A DNA stretch of 52,579 nt, from contig JBHHYW010000001.1 of assembly GCA_046757745.1 (NCBI GenBank), positions 1 to 52,579 of the forward strand, in the 5' to 3' direction. The number at the start of each line of letters is the position of its first letter. Position 1 is the stretch's first letter. A program made the position numbers and the translations under genes. Source of the DNA: Candidatus Scalindua sp. Lineage in GTDB: Bacteria > Planctomycetota > Brocadiia > Brocadiales > Scalinduaceae. Positions 8,425 through 17,942 of this stretch are shown in pieces. The notes beneath the pieces are model-generated. The model was not told the origin of the DNA. It was given only the letters and a program-made list of their open reading frames with translations, and made no database searches.

Positions 8425-8772
8425 ACCAGGTTCAGCGTATGCAGAATAGGCATCTTCCTCTTTTAATTGAACATATGAATATTTACAAGAATATTATCAT
8501 CTACAATCTCTGCATGATGATCTTCAACGAAACCTATTCCCCCCATATTTGAAACATGGTTGTAAATATGTTCAACTCATCGAGCTGCCTGGAGGCAATT
8601 ACCCCGTCTTCTCAAATCAAGCAACTCAAACTTATCTGTAATAATCTCTTCGTATTCTGGATACTTAGTATCCACTCCTCTTACACAATGACCTCTTTCC
8701 TCTAAACATTTTATAAGATGATTTCCAATAAAAAACACCTGTTTCTGTTACAAGCACTTTTTTGCTTGTCAT
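8425..8772 (-). pseudogene. GDP-mannose 3',5'-epimerase-like SDR remnant
   Basis: ATG at 8772 after GGAG. Translates MTSKKVLVTETGVF/(frameshift)IGNHLIKCLEERGHCVRGVDTKYPEY..DKFELLDLRR..NCLQAAR*VEHIY..NMGGIGF..NILVNIHM/(deletion)LKEEDAYSAYAEPG. Confidence 0.85.
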
Positions 8773-8795
8773 ATCACTCCTCTCCCTTAAATAAT

Positions 8796-9917
8796 TCAAC
8801 TATCTCTTATACACATTGCTTTTAATATCACATTCACAATTCTCTCTGCTGATTTACCATCCCATAATTCCGGAATTTTAGCAGATTTAGAATTACCGTT
8901 TTTGAAATTAGAGTACTCATTAAGAATTGATTCTTTTTTGTTTCCTACGAGAGTATTCGTACCTTCCTCTACCGTTACAGGCCTTTCAGTATTTTCTCTA
9001 ATAGTGAAACATGGGATTCCTAAGGCGGTTGTTTCTTCCTGAATCCCTCCACTATCAGTAAACATCACCTTGGCATCTTTCCACAGTCTAAGAAATTTAA
9101 CGTAGGGCAGAGGTGAGCACAATCTAATATTTGAATCATTCACTAATTCTATTAAACCAAAAGTTTCTAAATTTTTCCTAGTTCTTGGATGGACAGGAAA
9201 TACAATAGTTAGGTCTTTAGAAATTTTAATCAAGGCTTCAATAATTCCTTGACATGTATCCTTTTCGTCAACATTGGAAGGTCTATGTAAGGTAACAACA
9301 CCATATTTTTCTTTTTTCGATATTTTTTTTGCACAACTCTTTGTATCATTAAGTTTGTTTAGCTGGTAATAAAGGGTATCGATCATTACATTACCTACAA
9401 AGAATATCTGTTCATCCCTTTTCCCCTCATTTTTTAAATTACGCATACCACTTTTTTCGGATACAAAAAGAAAATCAGAAATAGAATCGGTTACAATTCT
9501 ATTTATTTCTTCTGGCATAAACATATCGCCACTTCTAAGACCTGCTTCTACATGGGCAACTATTATATTCAACTTTTTTGCCGTTATTGAGCACGCCAAG
9601 GTGGAATTGACATCCCCTACCACCATAACAATGTCTGGTCTTTCTTTTACACATACCTTTTCAAATTCAACCATAACTTTTGCAGTCTGTTCAGCATGAC
9701 CACCTGAACCAGCATTTAAAAAATACTCTGGTTCAGGCATTTCTAAATCATTAAAAAACACCTTCGACATCTCATAGTCATAATGCTGGCCAGTATGCAC
9801 ATGTTTCCATGACAACTCTATCGACTTATTTGTTTTGCGCTTGGTTTCTAGTTGTCTTATTATTGGAGCAACCTTCATGAAATTAGGCCGTGCACCTGCA
9901 ACCAAGATTATTTTCAA
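8796..9917 (-). CDS. wecB: UDP-N-acetylglucosamine 2-epimerase (non-hydrolysing)
   Basis: GARPNFMK, HTGQHYD, GDVNSTLA, HVEAGLRS, PEEINR, TDSGGIQEE, RENTERP. TTG start after AAGGAGG. Confidence 0.95.
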   Translation of the reverse strand: MKIILVAGARPNFMKVAPIIRQLETKRKTNKSIELSWKHVHTGQHYDYEMSKVFFNDLEMPEPEYFLNAGSGGHAEQTAKVMVEFEKVCVKERPDIVMVVGDVNSTLACSITAKKLNIIVAHVEAGLRSGDMFMPEEINRIVTDSISDFLFVSEKSGMRNLKNEGKRDEQIFFVGNVMIDTLYYQLNKLNDTKSCAKKISKKEKYGVVTLHRPSNVDEKDTCQGIIEALIKISKDLTIVFPVHPRTRKNLETFGLIELVNDSNIRLCSPLPYVKFLRLWKDAKVMFTDSGGIQEETTALGIPCFTIRENTERPVTVEEGTNTLVGNKKESILNEYSNFKNGNSKSAKIPELWDGKSAERIVNVILKAMCIRDS

Positions 9918-10045
9918 GAAACCTCCTTATTATTACCAAGAATCTTCTGGATATGTTCTTCAAGTCTGCATACCATTTTTTCTCGCGCATAATATTTCTG
10001 TACAACAATTCTATTATCTCTTGCATATCCCGCTATCCCACACAT
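9914..10045 (-). pseudogene. 43-codon chimeric scar ORF: AsnB-like N-terminus joined to a glycosyltransferase-like C-terminus
   Basis: MCGIAGY-ARDNRIVVQKYYAREKMVCRLEEHIQKILGNNKEVS*. Its stop overlaps the wecB TTG start. Confidence 0.6.
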
Positions 10046-10115
10046 CTACAGTACCTTTGACACACCATCTTAATAGTCTTTGTTTTAAATAAAATTAAAT
10101 ACATTGTTCTTTCAT

Positions 10116-11144
10116 TTAAGTTATTTGTAATGTCTTACCATCAACACCCTTTAGCCCAAGACAATACAAAAGCAGCTTGTTATCCCTTTCAGGACCTAGT
10201 GTAAAATGAATTGTCCCTGGCATAAAGACGCGATTTGGCAGAAAATCCTTACCATAACCAATTACTCGTTCCACCTGCCCATCATGGCTTACACACCATA
10301 ATGATGCCACATTCTCTGATTGGCTTGGACACCCCTCTGCTGTTACTCCAAAAAAAAGCCTTCCATCAATTTTTTTAGAATAATATACTGGGCCGTCCAC
10401 TTTTGACAATTGTGTACGCTCTTTTGTTTTTCTATCTATTCTATAAATGTAGTTTTGGCAAAATTGCCCATCCATACCATAATATATGCCGTCTTCTGTA
10501 AAAAGCACACTGACAGTTCTCCATGTTTCATCCCCCTCTCCAACAAGTTCTACTGTAACAAAACTATCATTAGTTTTAAGTATTTTGCATTCTTTCTCCA
10601 TATCACCACTAGTACACCAGATGCAGTCCTCATATTGATCATAAAATAAACCATGAATATGTCTTATCATATGGGATTGAAACTCATAAACGACTTCCAA
10701 TTGAATAGAATCCGGTGGAAGATAATAAATCTTTACTGGCCCCCTATCAGGATTAGACAAATACTCACCAAGATATACACCACCTGCTTGATCAACTGCA
10801 CAAGCTCCTCTTAGAAATCTTGACGGCCTGTCCATTCCCTTGACAGGATGAAACTTTCCTTCTTTGTAAAGCCCTGCTTGTTTTTGAAAAGTGACAAAAA
10901 TACCCCCAGTAGGCAACTTTATAACATTGTAGAACATAAATCTAAAAAAGCGTTGTAATATTCGTAAATGAGACAAAAGGGAAAGTATACCTGAAGTGCG
11001 AAAAGTATACATATGCTTGAATGGTCTTTCTAAGTTTTTACTGACATATAGTTTGTTTAACCTGGACAAAATGTAAATCTCAGAATCTCCCCATTCAACC
11101 GTAAATCCCTTAACTTCATCTAATTCTTTGATACTCCAACTCAT
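10116..11144 (-). CDS. Hypothetical protein, probable beta-propeller (sialidase/BNR-like)
   Basis: 342 aa, beta-rich, with VYLGEY and RHIHGLFYDQYEDCIWCTSGD; fold is inferred only. Confidence 0.65.
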   Translation of the reverse strand: MSWSIKELDEVKGFTVEWGDSEIYILSRLNKLYVSKNLERPFKHMYTFRTSGILSLLSHLRILQRFFRFMFYNVIKLPTGGIFVTFQKQAGLYKEGKFHPVKGMDRPSRFLRGACAVDQAGGVYLGEYLSNPDRGPVKIYYLPPDSIQLEVVYEFQSHMIRHIHGLFYDQYEDCIWCTSGDMEKECKILKTNDSFVTVELVGEGDETWRTVSVLFTEDGIYYGMDGQFCQNYIYRIDRKTKERTQLSKVDGPVYYSKKIDGRLFFGVTAEGCPSQSENVASLWCVSHDGQVERVIGYGKDFLPNRVFMPGTIHFTLGPERDNKLLLYCLGLKGVDGKTLQIT

Positions 11145-11170
11145 TTCTATACCATCAGCCTATATGGAAA

Positions 11171-12331
11171 TTACCAACCTTTTGTTGCAGAATAAAATAA
11201 TTCTCTGTACTTCCTGGGTAAATTTTCATCCTGACAACACTTTAATCCATATTCATATGCTCCCTGTGACAATTCCCGATATGATTGTGTATCCATATCA
11301 ATGCATTGCTGTAACACAAGCTTAAATTGCTCCGGTTCTTCCAATGGAAGGTCCCAACCAACACCTTTTTTCTTCAACTCTCGCCATGGTGTTCTATTGC
11401 TGATCAAGACTGGACAACCTGAGCATAGCGATTCTATGATAACATGACCATAATTTTCTCCAAGAGTAGGAAGAAAGAGAATGTCACTATCCCTCATTAC
11501 AGAGTTAACCAGTTTATAAGATAATTCCCCACAATATTTAACTTTAATATTTCGAGGAAGACAACTAATTATCCTCTCACATTCCTTCCAATAATTAGTA
11601 TCCCTCATCGGTCCATAAACATTAAACTCAACATCACCATTCAATCCATTTAACAGAGCTAATGCACCAGACAGGTTTTTCATTCTTGTTATGCGTGACA
11701 GAAACAATATCTTCAAACGTCCAACAACTTTTTCTCTATATTTCAAAGAGTCTTCTGCAAAATGAACCGGAGTTGGTAAATCCGCTACAATTTTCACACG
11801 GACTTCTTTGCCAAAACATTTCATTATGTCTGATACTTCGAATATACTTGATGCATGCCAATTCACATGGCGACACAAACCAACTATTTTCGCTAAAGAA
11901 ATATAAATACTCTTTCTAAAAACATTTAATGATAATGCACCTGAAGATAATTCCCCACGAGGAGCTATAATAAAAGGTTTTTTAGGTATCATATGCAACA
12001 TACTCAAAAGTTGTTGTCTAATAGAAAAATACCGAGAAAAGAAACTGTTAAGATAAACAGCATCATACTCTGTCTCAAGCATCAGAGTGCGTATTTTGCT
12101 CAGTGAGAGATGTTGTGGTGATAGATAAAGTACTTTTGCTTTGCCTACTTGTTGCCATGAATTAACTATAATATCAGAATAAACAACATTATCATTACAA
12201 TCACGGTCTCTAGTTACTATTTTAAAAAGAATATCATCGCCAAGTTGTTCCACAATATTGGATATGGCACGAACTGGTCCGCCTGATCTATATCCAGGAA
12301 GATAATTTTCTATGAAAATTAATACCCGCAT
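11171..12331 (-). CDS. Glycosyltransferase family 4
   Basis: YLPGYRSGGP, IIAPRGE, FLSRITRMKN, PTLGENYGHVIIESL (ExxxxxxxE). Confidence 0.92.
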   Translation of the reverse strand: MRVLIFIENYLPGYRSGGPVRAISNIVEQLGDDILFKIVTRDRDCNDNVVYSDIIVNSWQQVGKAKVLYLSPQHLSLSKIRTLMLETEYDAVYLNSFFSRYFSIRQQLLSMLHMIPKKPFIIAPRGELSSGALSLNVFRKSIYISLAKIVGLCRHVNWHASSIFEVSDIMKCFGKEVRVKIVADLPTPVHFAEDSLKYREKVVGRLKILFLSRITRMKNLSGALALLNGLNGDVEFNVYGPMRDTNYWKECERIISCLPRNIKVKYCGELSYKLVNSVMRDSDILFLPTLGENYGHVIIESLCSGCPVLISNRTPWRELKKKGVGWDLPLEEPEQFKLVLQQCIDMDTQSYRELSQGAYEYGLKCCQDENLPRKYRELFYSATKGW

Positions 12332-12352
12332 CTAAACTTCCAGAAACCAGTC

Positions 12353-13798
12353 TTAAAAAGACTGCAGTAAAACTTTCAACCTTTTAAAAAAAACGAAGTT
12401 TGTTAATTTCCTGTAAAATCTGTGTAAATGATAATCACAATGAATTTTGTTTACAATAACTTGTGCCATTATTTTGTAAAATGGTCTATAGCCTTTATAA
12501 ACATTGTATTCAAACCATATATAACACTTCTCTATAAGTTTTTTATTAAATCCTGGTAAGTCTAATGTTGCCTTACTTCTTTCCATTGTGGTATCAATAG
12601 AGTTTTTCAATAGACCTTGTTTCTTACAATAAGAATGTAGATCTGTCCCTGGGTACGGAAAAAAAATGGAAAGATAATTCCTGTCTGGCAAGCATATCCT
12701 ATTAACTTTTATTGTTTCTCTAAAATCGTCTAAAGTTTCACCAGGAATGCCTACTAAATTAAAGAAAGATATTCTCAAGCCATATTTTCTAGCTAATTCT
12801 ACAACCTGAATAACATCCTCATTTGAATAATTTCGCTTTAGGATATCACGGCGTATTTTCTCACTTCCTGATTCAAGACCAATATTTATAAAATGAAAAT
12901 TGCTCTTATTTAATGCATCAAAAAGGGGTTCAAGCCTGGGATTTGTTGTGATTCTTAGATTAACTCCATAGGATAGTAGTCTGCTCATTTTTGTATTAAA
13001 GTCTCTTAATTTAGAACATAATTCTATAGACCATTCTATATTAGCGCCGAATGTTTCCACTTCAAAATAAACTTCCTTTATTGTTGGAAATTTATCTACA
13101 ATTTCCTCTAACTCTGCCAGAATATTATCATGCTCCCTTAGTCTGACATATTTTCCAGAACTTACTTTTCTCAATGCATGATTACAACAATACGTACACT
13201 TAAACGGACATCCTCGTCCTAATAAAAGAGAACAGTTTGTTATTGGATTGGCAATCCAATTCAACCACATTTCTCTATCCGGAAAAGGCAAGCTGTCTAT
13301 GTCTTGTGAAAACGATTGTGTAGGATTTTTTTCTATTTGATATCCATCCTTAATCCAGAAATTGGCTATATTTGAGGGTTGAATATTTCGTTCTAGCTGA
13401 CTAACTAATTTAAGTGTTGACCACTCTCCTTCGCCAACGCAAAGTGCATCAAAGGCATCAGAAATAACAGCCTCTGGATTTAGGGAAATATGAGGGCCTC
13501 CGATTAACAAGTATATTTTAGGGTAATGGCTTTTTATGTAACTTGCAATTTTCACAATAAACTCATACTCAGTTGCTACAGCAGTAAAACCAATTAATCC
13601 TGGTTGAAAATCATTTATATATTCATCGATTACAGAATTTCCAGTTTCTCTGGTTAGAATTAACAATCTGGTGCTGTGCCCATGCTTTTTTAAATACGAT
13701 GAAATATAAGAAATCCCAAACTGCATTTGTTCTAATGTCTGTAAAGGTTTAGCCGGGGTTTGTATATCTTGCAATGAATATACAAAGAGGACATTCAT
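12353..13798 (-). CDS. Cobalamin-binding radical SAM protein
   Basis: N-terminal B12-binding-type domain (GGPH, VGEGE), LPFPDR, RGCPFKCTYC (CxxxCxxC), GLESGS. Confidence 0.92.
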   Translation of the reverse strand: MNVLFVYSLQDIQTPAKPLQTLEQMQFGISYISSYLKKHGHSTRLLILTRETGNSVIDEYINDFQPGLIGFTAVATEYEFIVKIASYIKSHYPKIYLLIGGPHISLNPEAVISDAFDALCVGEGEWSTLKLVSQLERNIQPSNIANFWIKDGYQIEKNPTQSFSQDIDSLPFPDREMWLNWIANPITNCSLLLGRGCPFKCTYCCNHALRKVSSGKYVRLREHDNILAELEEIVDKFPTIKEVYFEVETFGANIEWSIELCSKLRDFNTKMSRLLSYGVNLRITTNPRLEPLFDALNKSNFHFINIGLESGSEKIRRDILKRNYSNEDVIQVVELARKYGLRISFFNLVGIPGETLDDFRETIKVNRICLPDRNYLSIFFPYPGTDLHSYCKKQGLLKNSIDTTMERSKATLDLPGFNKKLIEKCYIWFEYNVYKGYRPFYKIMAQVIVNKIHCDYHLHRFYRKLTNFVFFKRLKVLLQSF

Positions 13799-16035
13799 GC
13801 CTTATCTCCCGAATAATGCCCACCAAGGGTCACAACTTCACATTTCTCAAGGCTTAATTGTGCAGCTAAAGTTGCTTCAGTAGAGCATATTATCTCTTCA
13901 AAAGAAATTGGCACTGGCCCACTGCCAGTTAAATAATCAACCAGAGACTGCCATTCATTCTTAATACCTTTATCCTGGCGCAACCTATTCGTACGTTTAA
14001 TTTTCTTCTTCCCATGTTGTATAAGCAATGTCCGGTAATCATCAAGCCTTGCAGACAAACCGCCTCCAAACACCTCCAGACACTCCTTGCCAAACCCTTT
14101 GTCACCATTAGCCACATAAGTTACGGTACCTAAAGTTCTATTGGCAAATTCCAATGTAATATGTAAATTGTCCTGCGAATAATGCCCTTTGTCAGGAAGT
14201 GCATACGTCATAATTTTATATGGTTTGCTGCCTGACAAATATATCAACAAATCGATAAAATGACACGCCTCTCCTACTAAACGACCACCACCCACTTGAG
14301 GGTCCTGTGTCCAATGATTTGCAGGTATATAGCCGGCATTTATTCTATAATTGAGCACCAATGGCTCCCGAACATTGTTCAATAAACCTTTTAGTTCAAT
14401 TATAAATGGAGCAAAACGCCGGTTGAAACCAACCATTAAAGAGAGAGATTGTACACCATCTGCAATATTACGTTCCTGTTCGTCATAATAAGTTGAGATT
14501 ATGTCTTTCAATTCCTCCTCGTTTAGACATAAAGGTTTTTCAACGAAAACGTTTTTGCGTGCCTTCAATACATCAATAACTTGCTGGGCATGAAGATAGT
14601 GCCTGGTCATAATTGCGATAGTATTAATATTAGGATCATTAATAATTTCATTTTCATCCGTAGCACAGTAATCAAATCCAAAACGATCACTTAAAGAACG
14701 AGCGTTAGTACCTCGAGCACTAGCGATACCAGTCAAATTTATACCTTTAATATCCTTAATAACCGGTAACATCACAGAACTAGTAAAATTACCTGCCCCG
14801 AGGACCCCAAGACTAACTAAATCGAGTTTTGATTTAGCCTTATCAGTATCAATTGTAGATCGTAAACGGTGAGATCTGCTTTTCATTAAGATCTTGTGTT
14901 TTATATCAGGTTTTTCTGCATATTTCAGAAGTACGCCAAGAAATGGCTCCTCCGTTTTTCCTGTAATCAAATCGTATGCTTTAGGCGCTTCATTAATATC
15001 GAGGCGATGAGTGATCAGAGGTTGGACGTTAATTTTACTGTCAGCAAGCATCTGTACAAAAGCCTGCATATTACGCTGTTCCGTCCAACGTACATAACCG
15101 TAGGGGTAGTCATACCCCTTCTCCTCGTACATAGGATCATATCGGCCAGGCCCGTAAGAGCGTGAAATACGAAAAATCAGTTCTTTTTCAAAATAAACCT
15201 TGCGAGGGATTGACATTCCAACTGTCCCAACAGCCACTATTATACCCTTGTCCCTTGCAACTTCACCTGCCAGTTTCACCGGTTCATTGCTCCTGGTATC
15301 GGCCGTTATAAGTACCGCATCTATACCACGACCGTTTGAAAGCTGACGACAAATTGTAATAAATCCTTCCGCTGTAGATGCTGCGCTATCGATCCCGAAT
15401 TGCTCCGCAATCTTTGTTCTGTCATTTTGGATGTCTAAACACGCAACAATACAACCGGCAGCCTTCAGCATCTGAATGGTTAACTGCCCCAGAAGACCAA
15501 GACCTATAACACCAACTACCTCCCCAAGCCTTACCTCTGCCAAACGTATACCTTGCATAGCTATAGCGCCAAGTGTAGTAAAAGCGGCAGATTCAATATC
15601 CACCCCGTCATTAATTTTTACTACTAAGTTTTTTGGAACAATAACAGTCTCAGCATGCACAGCATATCCTGCACCTGCGCAGGCAACAAGGTCACCTCGC
15701 TTAAAACCCTTTACTTTCTCGCCAATGTCAATTACCGTACCCGCACTGCTATAACCCAGAGATATAAAACCTGAAAGACGTTGTTTCACTGATTCTATTG
15801 TAGGCATAATCCCTTCTCTCCTGGCCTTATCAACAGTCTGACGAACCAGATCAGGACGCGAACGCGCTTTGCCGATCAGACTCTCACTTGCAGCTGCCAC
15901 CGCAGTACGTTCAGTCCCCGCAGAAACCAATGAAGCTGAATTTTGCACTAACAACATCCCAGGCCTTGTTTCTGGTACAGGAACATCTAATACCTGCGAA
16001 CTTCCCCCACTTATTTGTTGAACTAATTGTTTCAC
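13795..16035 (-). CDS. Bi-domain oxidoreductase (Zn-ADH-like MDR + Gfo/Idh/MocA)
   Basis: SAGTE, LGYSSAG, GLGLLGQ, SRSYGPGRYD, WTEQRN; second domain has GAGNF, VEKPL, VGFNRRF, GEACHFID. Confidence 0.93.
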   Translation of the reverse strand: MKQLVQQISGGSSQVLDVPVPETRPGMLLVQNSASLVSAGTERTAVAAASESLIGKARSRPDLVRQTVDKARREGIMPTIESVKQRLSGFISLGYSSAGTVIDIGEKVKGFKRGDLVACAGAGYAVHAETVIVPKNLVVKINDGVDIESAAFTTLGAIAMQGIRLAEVRLGEVVGVIGLGLLGQLTIQMLKAAGCIVACLDIQNDRTKIAEQFGIDSAASTAEGFITICRQLSNGRGIDAVLITADTRSNEPVKLAGEVARDKGIIVAVGTVGMSIPRKVYFEKELIFRISRSYGPGRYDPMYEEKGYDYPYGYVRWTEQRNMQAFVQMLADSKINVQPLITHRLDINEAPKAYDLITGKTEEPFLGVLLKYAEKPDIKHKILMKSRSHRLRSTIDTDKAKSKLDLVSLGVLGAGNFTSSVMLPVIKDIKGINLTGIASARGTNARSLSDRFGFDYCATDENEIINDPNINTIAIMTRHYLHAQQVIDVLKARKNVFVEKPLCLNEEELKDIISTYYDEQERNIADGVQSLSLMVGFNRRFAPFIIELKGLLNNVREPLVLNYRINAGYIPANHWTQDPQVGGGRLVGEACHFIDLLIYLSGSKPYKIMTYALPDKGHYSQDNLHITLEFANRTLGTVTYVANGDKGFGKECLEVFGGGLSARLDDYRTLLIQHGKKKIKRTNRLRQDKGIKNEWQSLVDYLTGSGPVPISFEEIICSTEATLAAQLSLEKCEVVTLGGHYSGDKA

Positions 16036-16053
16036 AATATCATACTTTCACTA

Positions 16054-17244
16054 TTATTTTTGGTTTTCACTACGTAAAGATAGGGCATTTTCTATAATTT
16101 CATTTACTTGAGCTCCACGCACTTCCCATGAATATTTTTGTGACTCAGTCATTCGAAGTTGACGTTTTTCCTGAGAATCCTCAGATACAGCACGTTGAAG
16201 CGCTGAAGAAAACTGAGTAGCGTCTTTAACGAGATAAGCACAATCTGAAAGTGGTTCAAAATCCGGCAGGTTAGTAGCTACTATTGGCACACCTGAAGCC
16301 AGATATTCATAAAACTTTATCGGGCTGGCACGCAATGTTACATCATTGGTTACAAAAGGCACAGTTGTCACATCAAAACCACGTAAATATTTGGGTAAAT
16401 CTTCATAACGACGTGGCCCAAGATAATGTATATTTGGAAGGTCTCTTAGTTTTGATATATCGGTCATCAAGGGGCCAATAAATACAAAACTCCACGTCGG
16501 CAATTTACGGGCAGCCTGAATAACCCATTCCTGATCAATCCACTCAAATACACTACCTATATAACCCACTATCGGTTGAGGTAAATCTGCTAATTCCGGT
16601 GCAAGCTGCGTATCTGGAGCCTGTGTGCTGGCAAAATGTTCAATCTCAGCACCATTGGTGACTGTAACAAACTTTGAACCAAGATGAATCTTAGCTTGAC
16701 ATAATTCTTCACTGGTAGTAATTACAACATCGCAGCGCCGGATAAGTTCTTCTTCCAGATCAGAAAATGAAGCGGGGAAGGACGAAGTAAGTGTAAAGTC
16801 ATCACTACAATGATAAACCAGTAAACTATGAGGTATTTGTTCTATTAAAGGCAGCGCATAAGCACAACCCACAAACAGAATTGGAAGCTCAAAATCCAAA
16901 TGGTCTAACAAACGTAATAACTGGGGTCTGATTACTGTTTGATTGACTATATTAACCCACTGACCACCCAAACATATCCGACTCCCTCGATAGGGTAAAG
17001 GATAGAAAAAGGTGCTAACCCATAATCTTTCATTTTCTTCTATTGGGCCATTGAGGTAACGTTTCCAGAGCCTTAATGCTTCTTCACGCCTGGTAAGAAA
17101 TGACAGTGGATGTATTGGATTTTCTACATAAAGCACACGCCGGCCACGTGAGAAATATCTAGCAAGGTGGTGTTTACTGACCTGTGCGGGTTGATCCCAT
17201 GTGGGGCCGTAAAGAAAAAGTATATCAGAAAAATTTGTTAACAA
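16054..17244 (-). CDS. GT-B glycosyltransferase (GT4, TuaH-like)
   Basis: SKHHLA, VYHCSDD, VTNG, PIVGYIG, SPIKFYEYLASGVPIV. Confidence 0.9.
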   Translation of the reverse strand: MLTNFSDILFLYGPTWDQPAQVSKHHLARYFSRGRRVLYVENPIHPLSFLTRREEALRLWKRYLNGPIEENERLWVSTFFYPLPYRGSRICLGGQWVNIVNQTVIRPQLLRLLDHLDFELPILFVGCAYALPLIEQIPHSLLVYHCSDDFTLTSSFPASFSDLEEELIRRCDVVITTSEELCQAKIHLGSKFVTVTNGAEIEHFASTQAPDTQLAPELADLPQPIVGYIGSVFEWIDQEWVIQAARKLPTWSFVFIGPLMTDISKLRDLPNIHYLGPRRYEDLPKYLRGFDVTTVPFVTNDVTLRASPIKFYEYLASGVPIVATNLPDFEPLSDCAYLVKDATQFSSALQRAVSEDSQEKRQLRMTESQKYSWEVRGAQVNEIIENALSLRSENQK

Positions 17245-17270
17245 AGTTACTCTTGAATTAAATTACGCCA

Positions 17271-17942
17271 TCACTTAATTACTCTCTTATAAGTTTCTTT
17301 GGGCATAAGGGTCATTGCAGTCCACGCTATCCATTCATAATGTATTGATTTCCATATAAAAAACTTACTTTTGCCTATTTCATCATATGAATATGTAGAA
17401 ACGGACAAAAGCAAATCCTTATTACTAATAATAATTTTCGACAATCTATACAAATGTAATGGTGAACTGATTAATAAAACACTTTTCCATCCTTTTGAAG
17501 CTGTAATTTTGTATGCTTCTTTCCAGTTTGTAATCGAATCATAAGAAACTGAATCATAAAAAATAATATCACCAGGTAATCCAAAACTTATTAGCACATC
17601 TCTCATTTCCCTTGCACCTGCACGACTTTGCATAGGCCTGGCACCACCAACGCATATTATATTACTAATAACTCCACGTTCATATAATTTCACTGAATGA
17701 TTTAATCTTCGTAATACTTCCTCGTTAAGACCAAATTTCTCTCCTGTATCTTTATAGAAAACTATTCCAACATCATAATTTGAAAACAAAGGAGGTTTCT
17801 CAATCAATTTTTTTACTGCACGATAATAAATGTTGCAGGCAAATATATCTATAGATAATAATACAATAATAATTGAAAGTAATTGTTTCCATAATCTCTT
17901 CTTAATCGTAAAGCTTTGGATAAACAACCTTATATATATCAA
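17271..17942 (-). CDS. YdcF/SanA/ElyC (DUF218) family protein
   Basis: N-terminal TM helix, RLNHSVKLY, IICVGG, SYDSITN, LLISSPLHLYR. Start uncertain (41 nt overlap with the upstream gene). Confidence 0.8.
   Translation of the reverse strand: MIYIRLFIQSFTIKKRLWKQLLSIIIVLLSIDIFACNIYYRAVKKLIEKPPLFSNYDVGIVFYKDTGEKFGLNEEVLRRLNHSVKLYERGVISNIICVGGARPMQSRAGAREMRDVLISFGLPGDIIFYDSVSYDSITNWKEAYKITASKGWKSVLLISSPLHLYRLSKIIISNKDLLLSVSTYSYDEIGKSKFFIWKSIHYEWIAWTAMTLMPKETYKRVIK

Noticed and set aside
8370-8552. + strand 60 aa ORF
   Set aside because: Antisense to the epimerase pseudogene.
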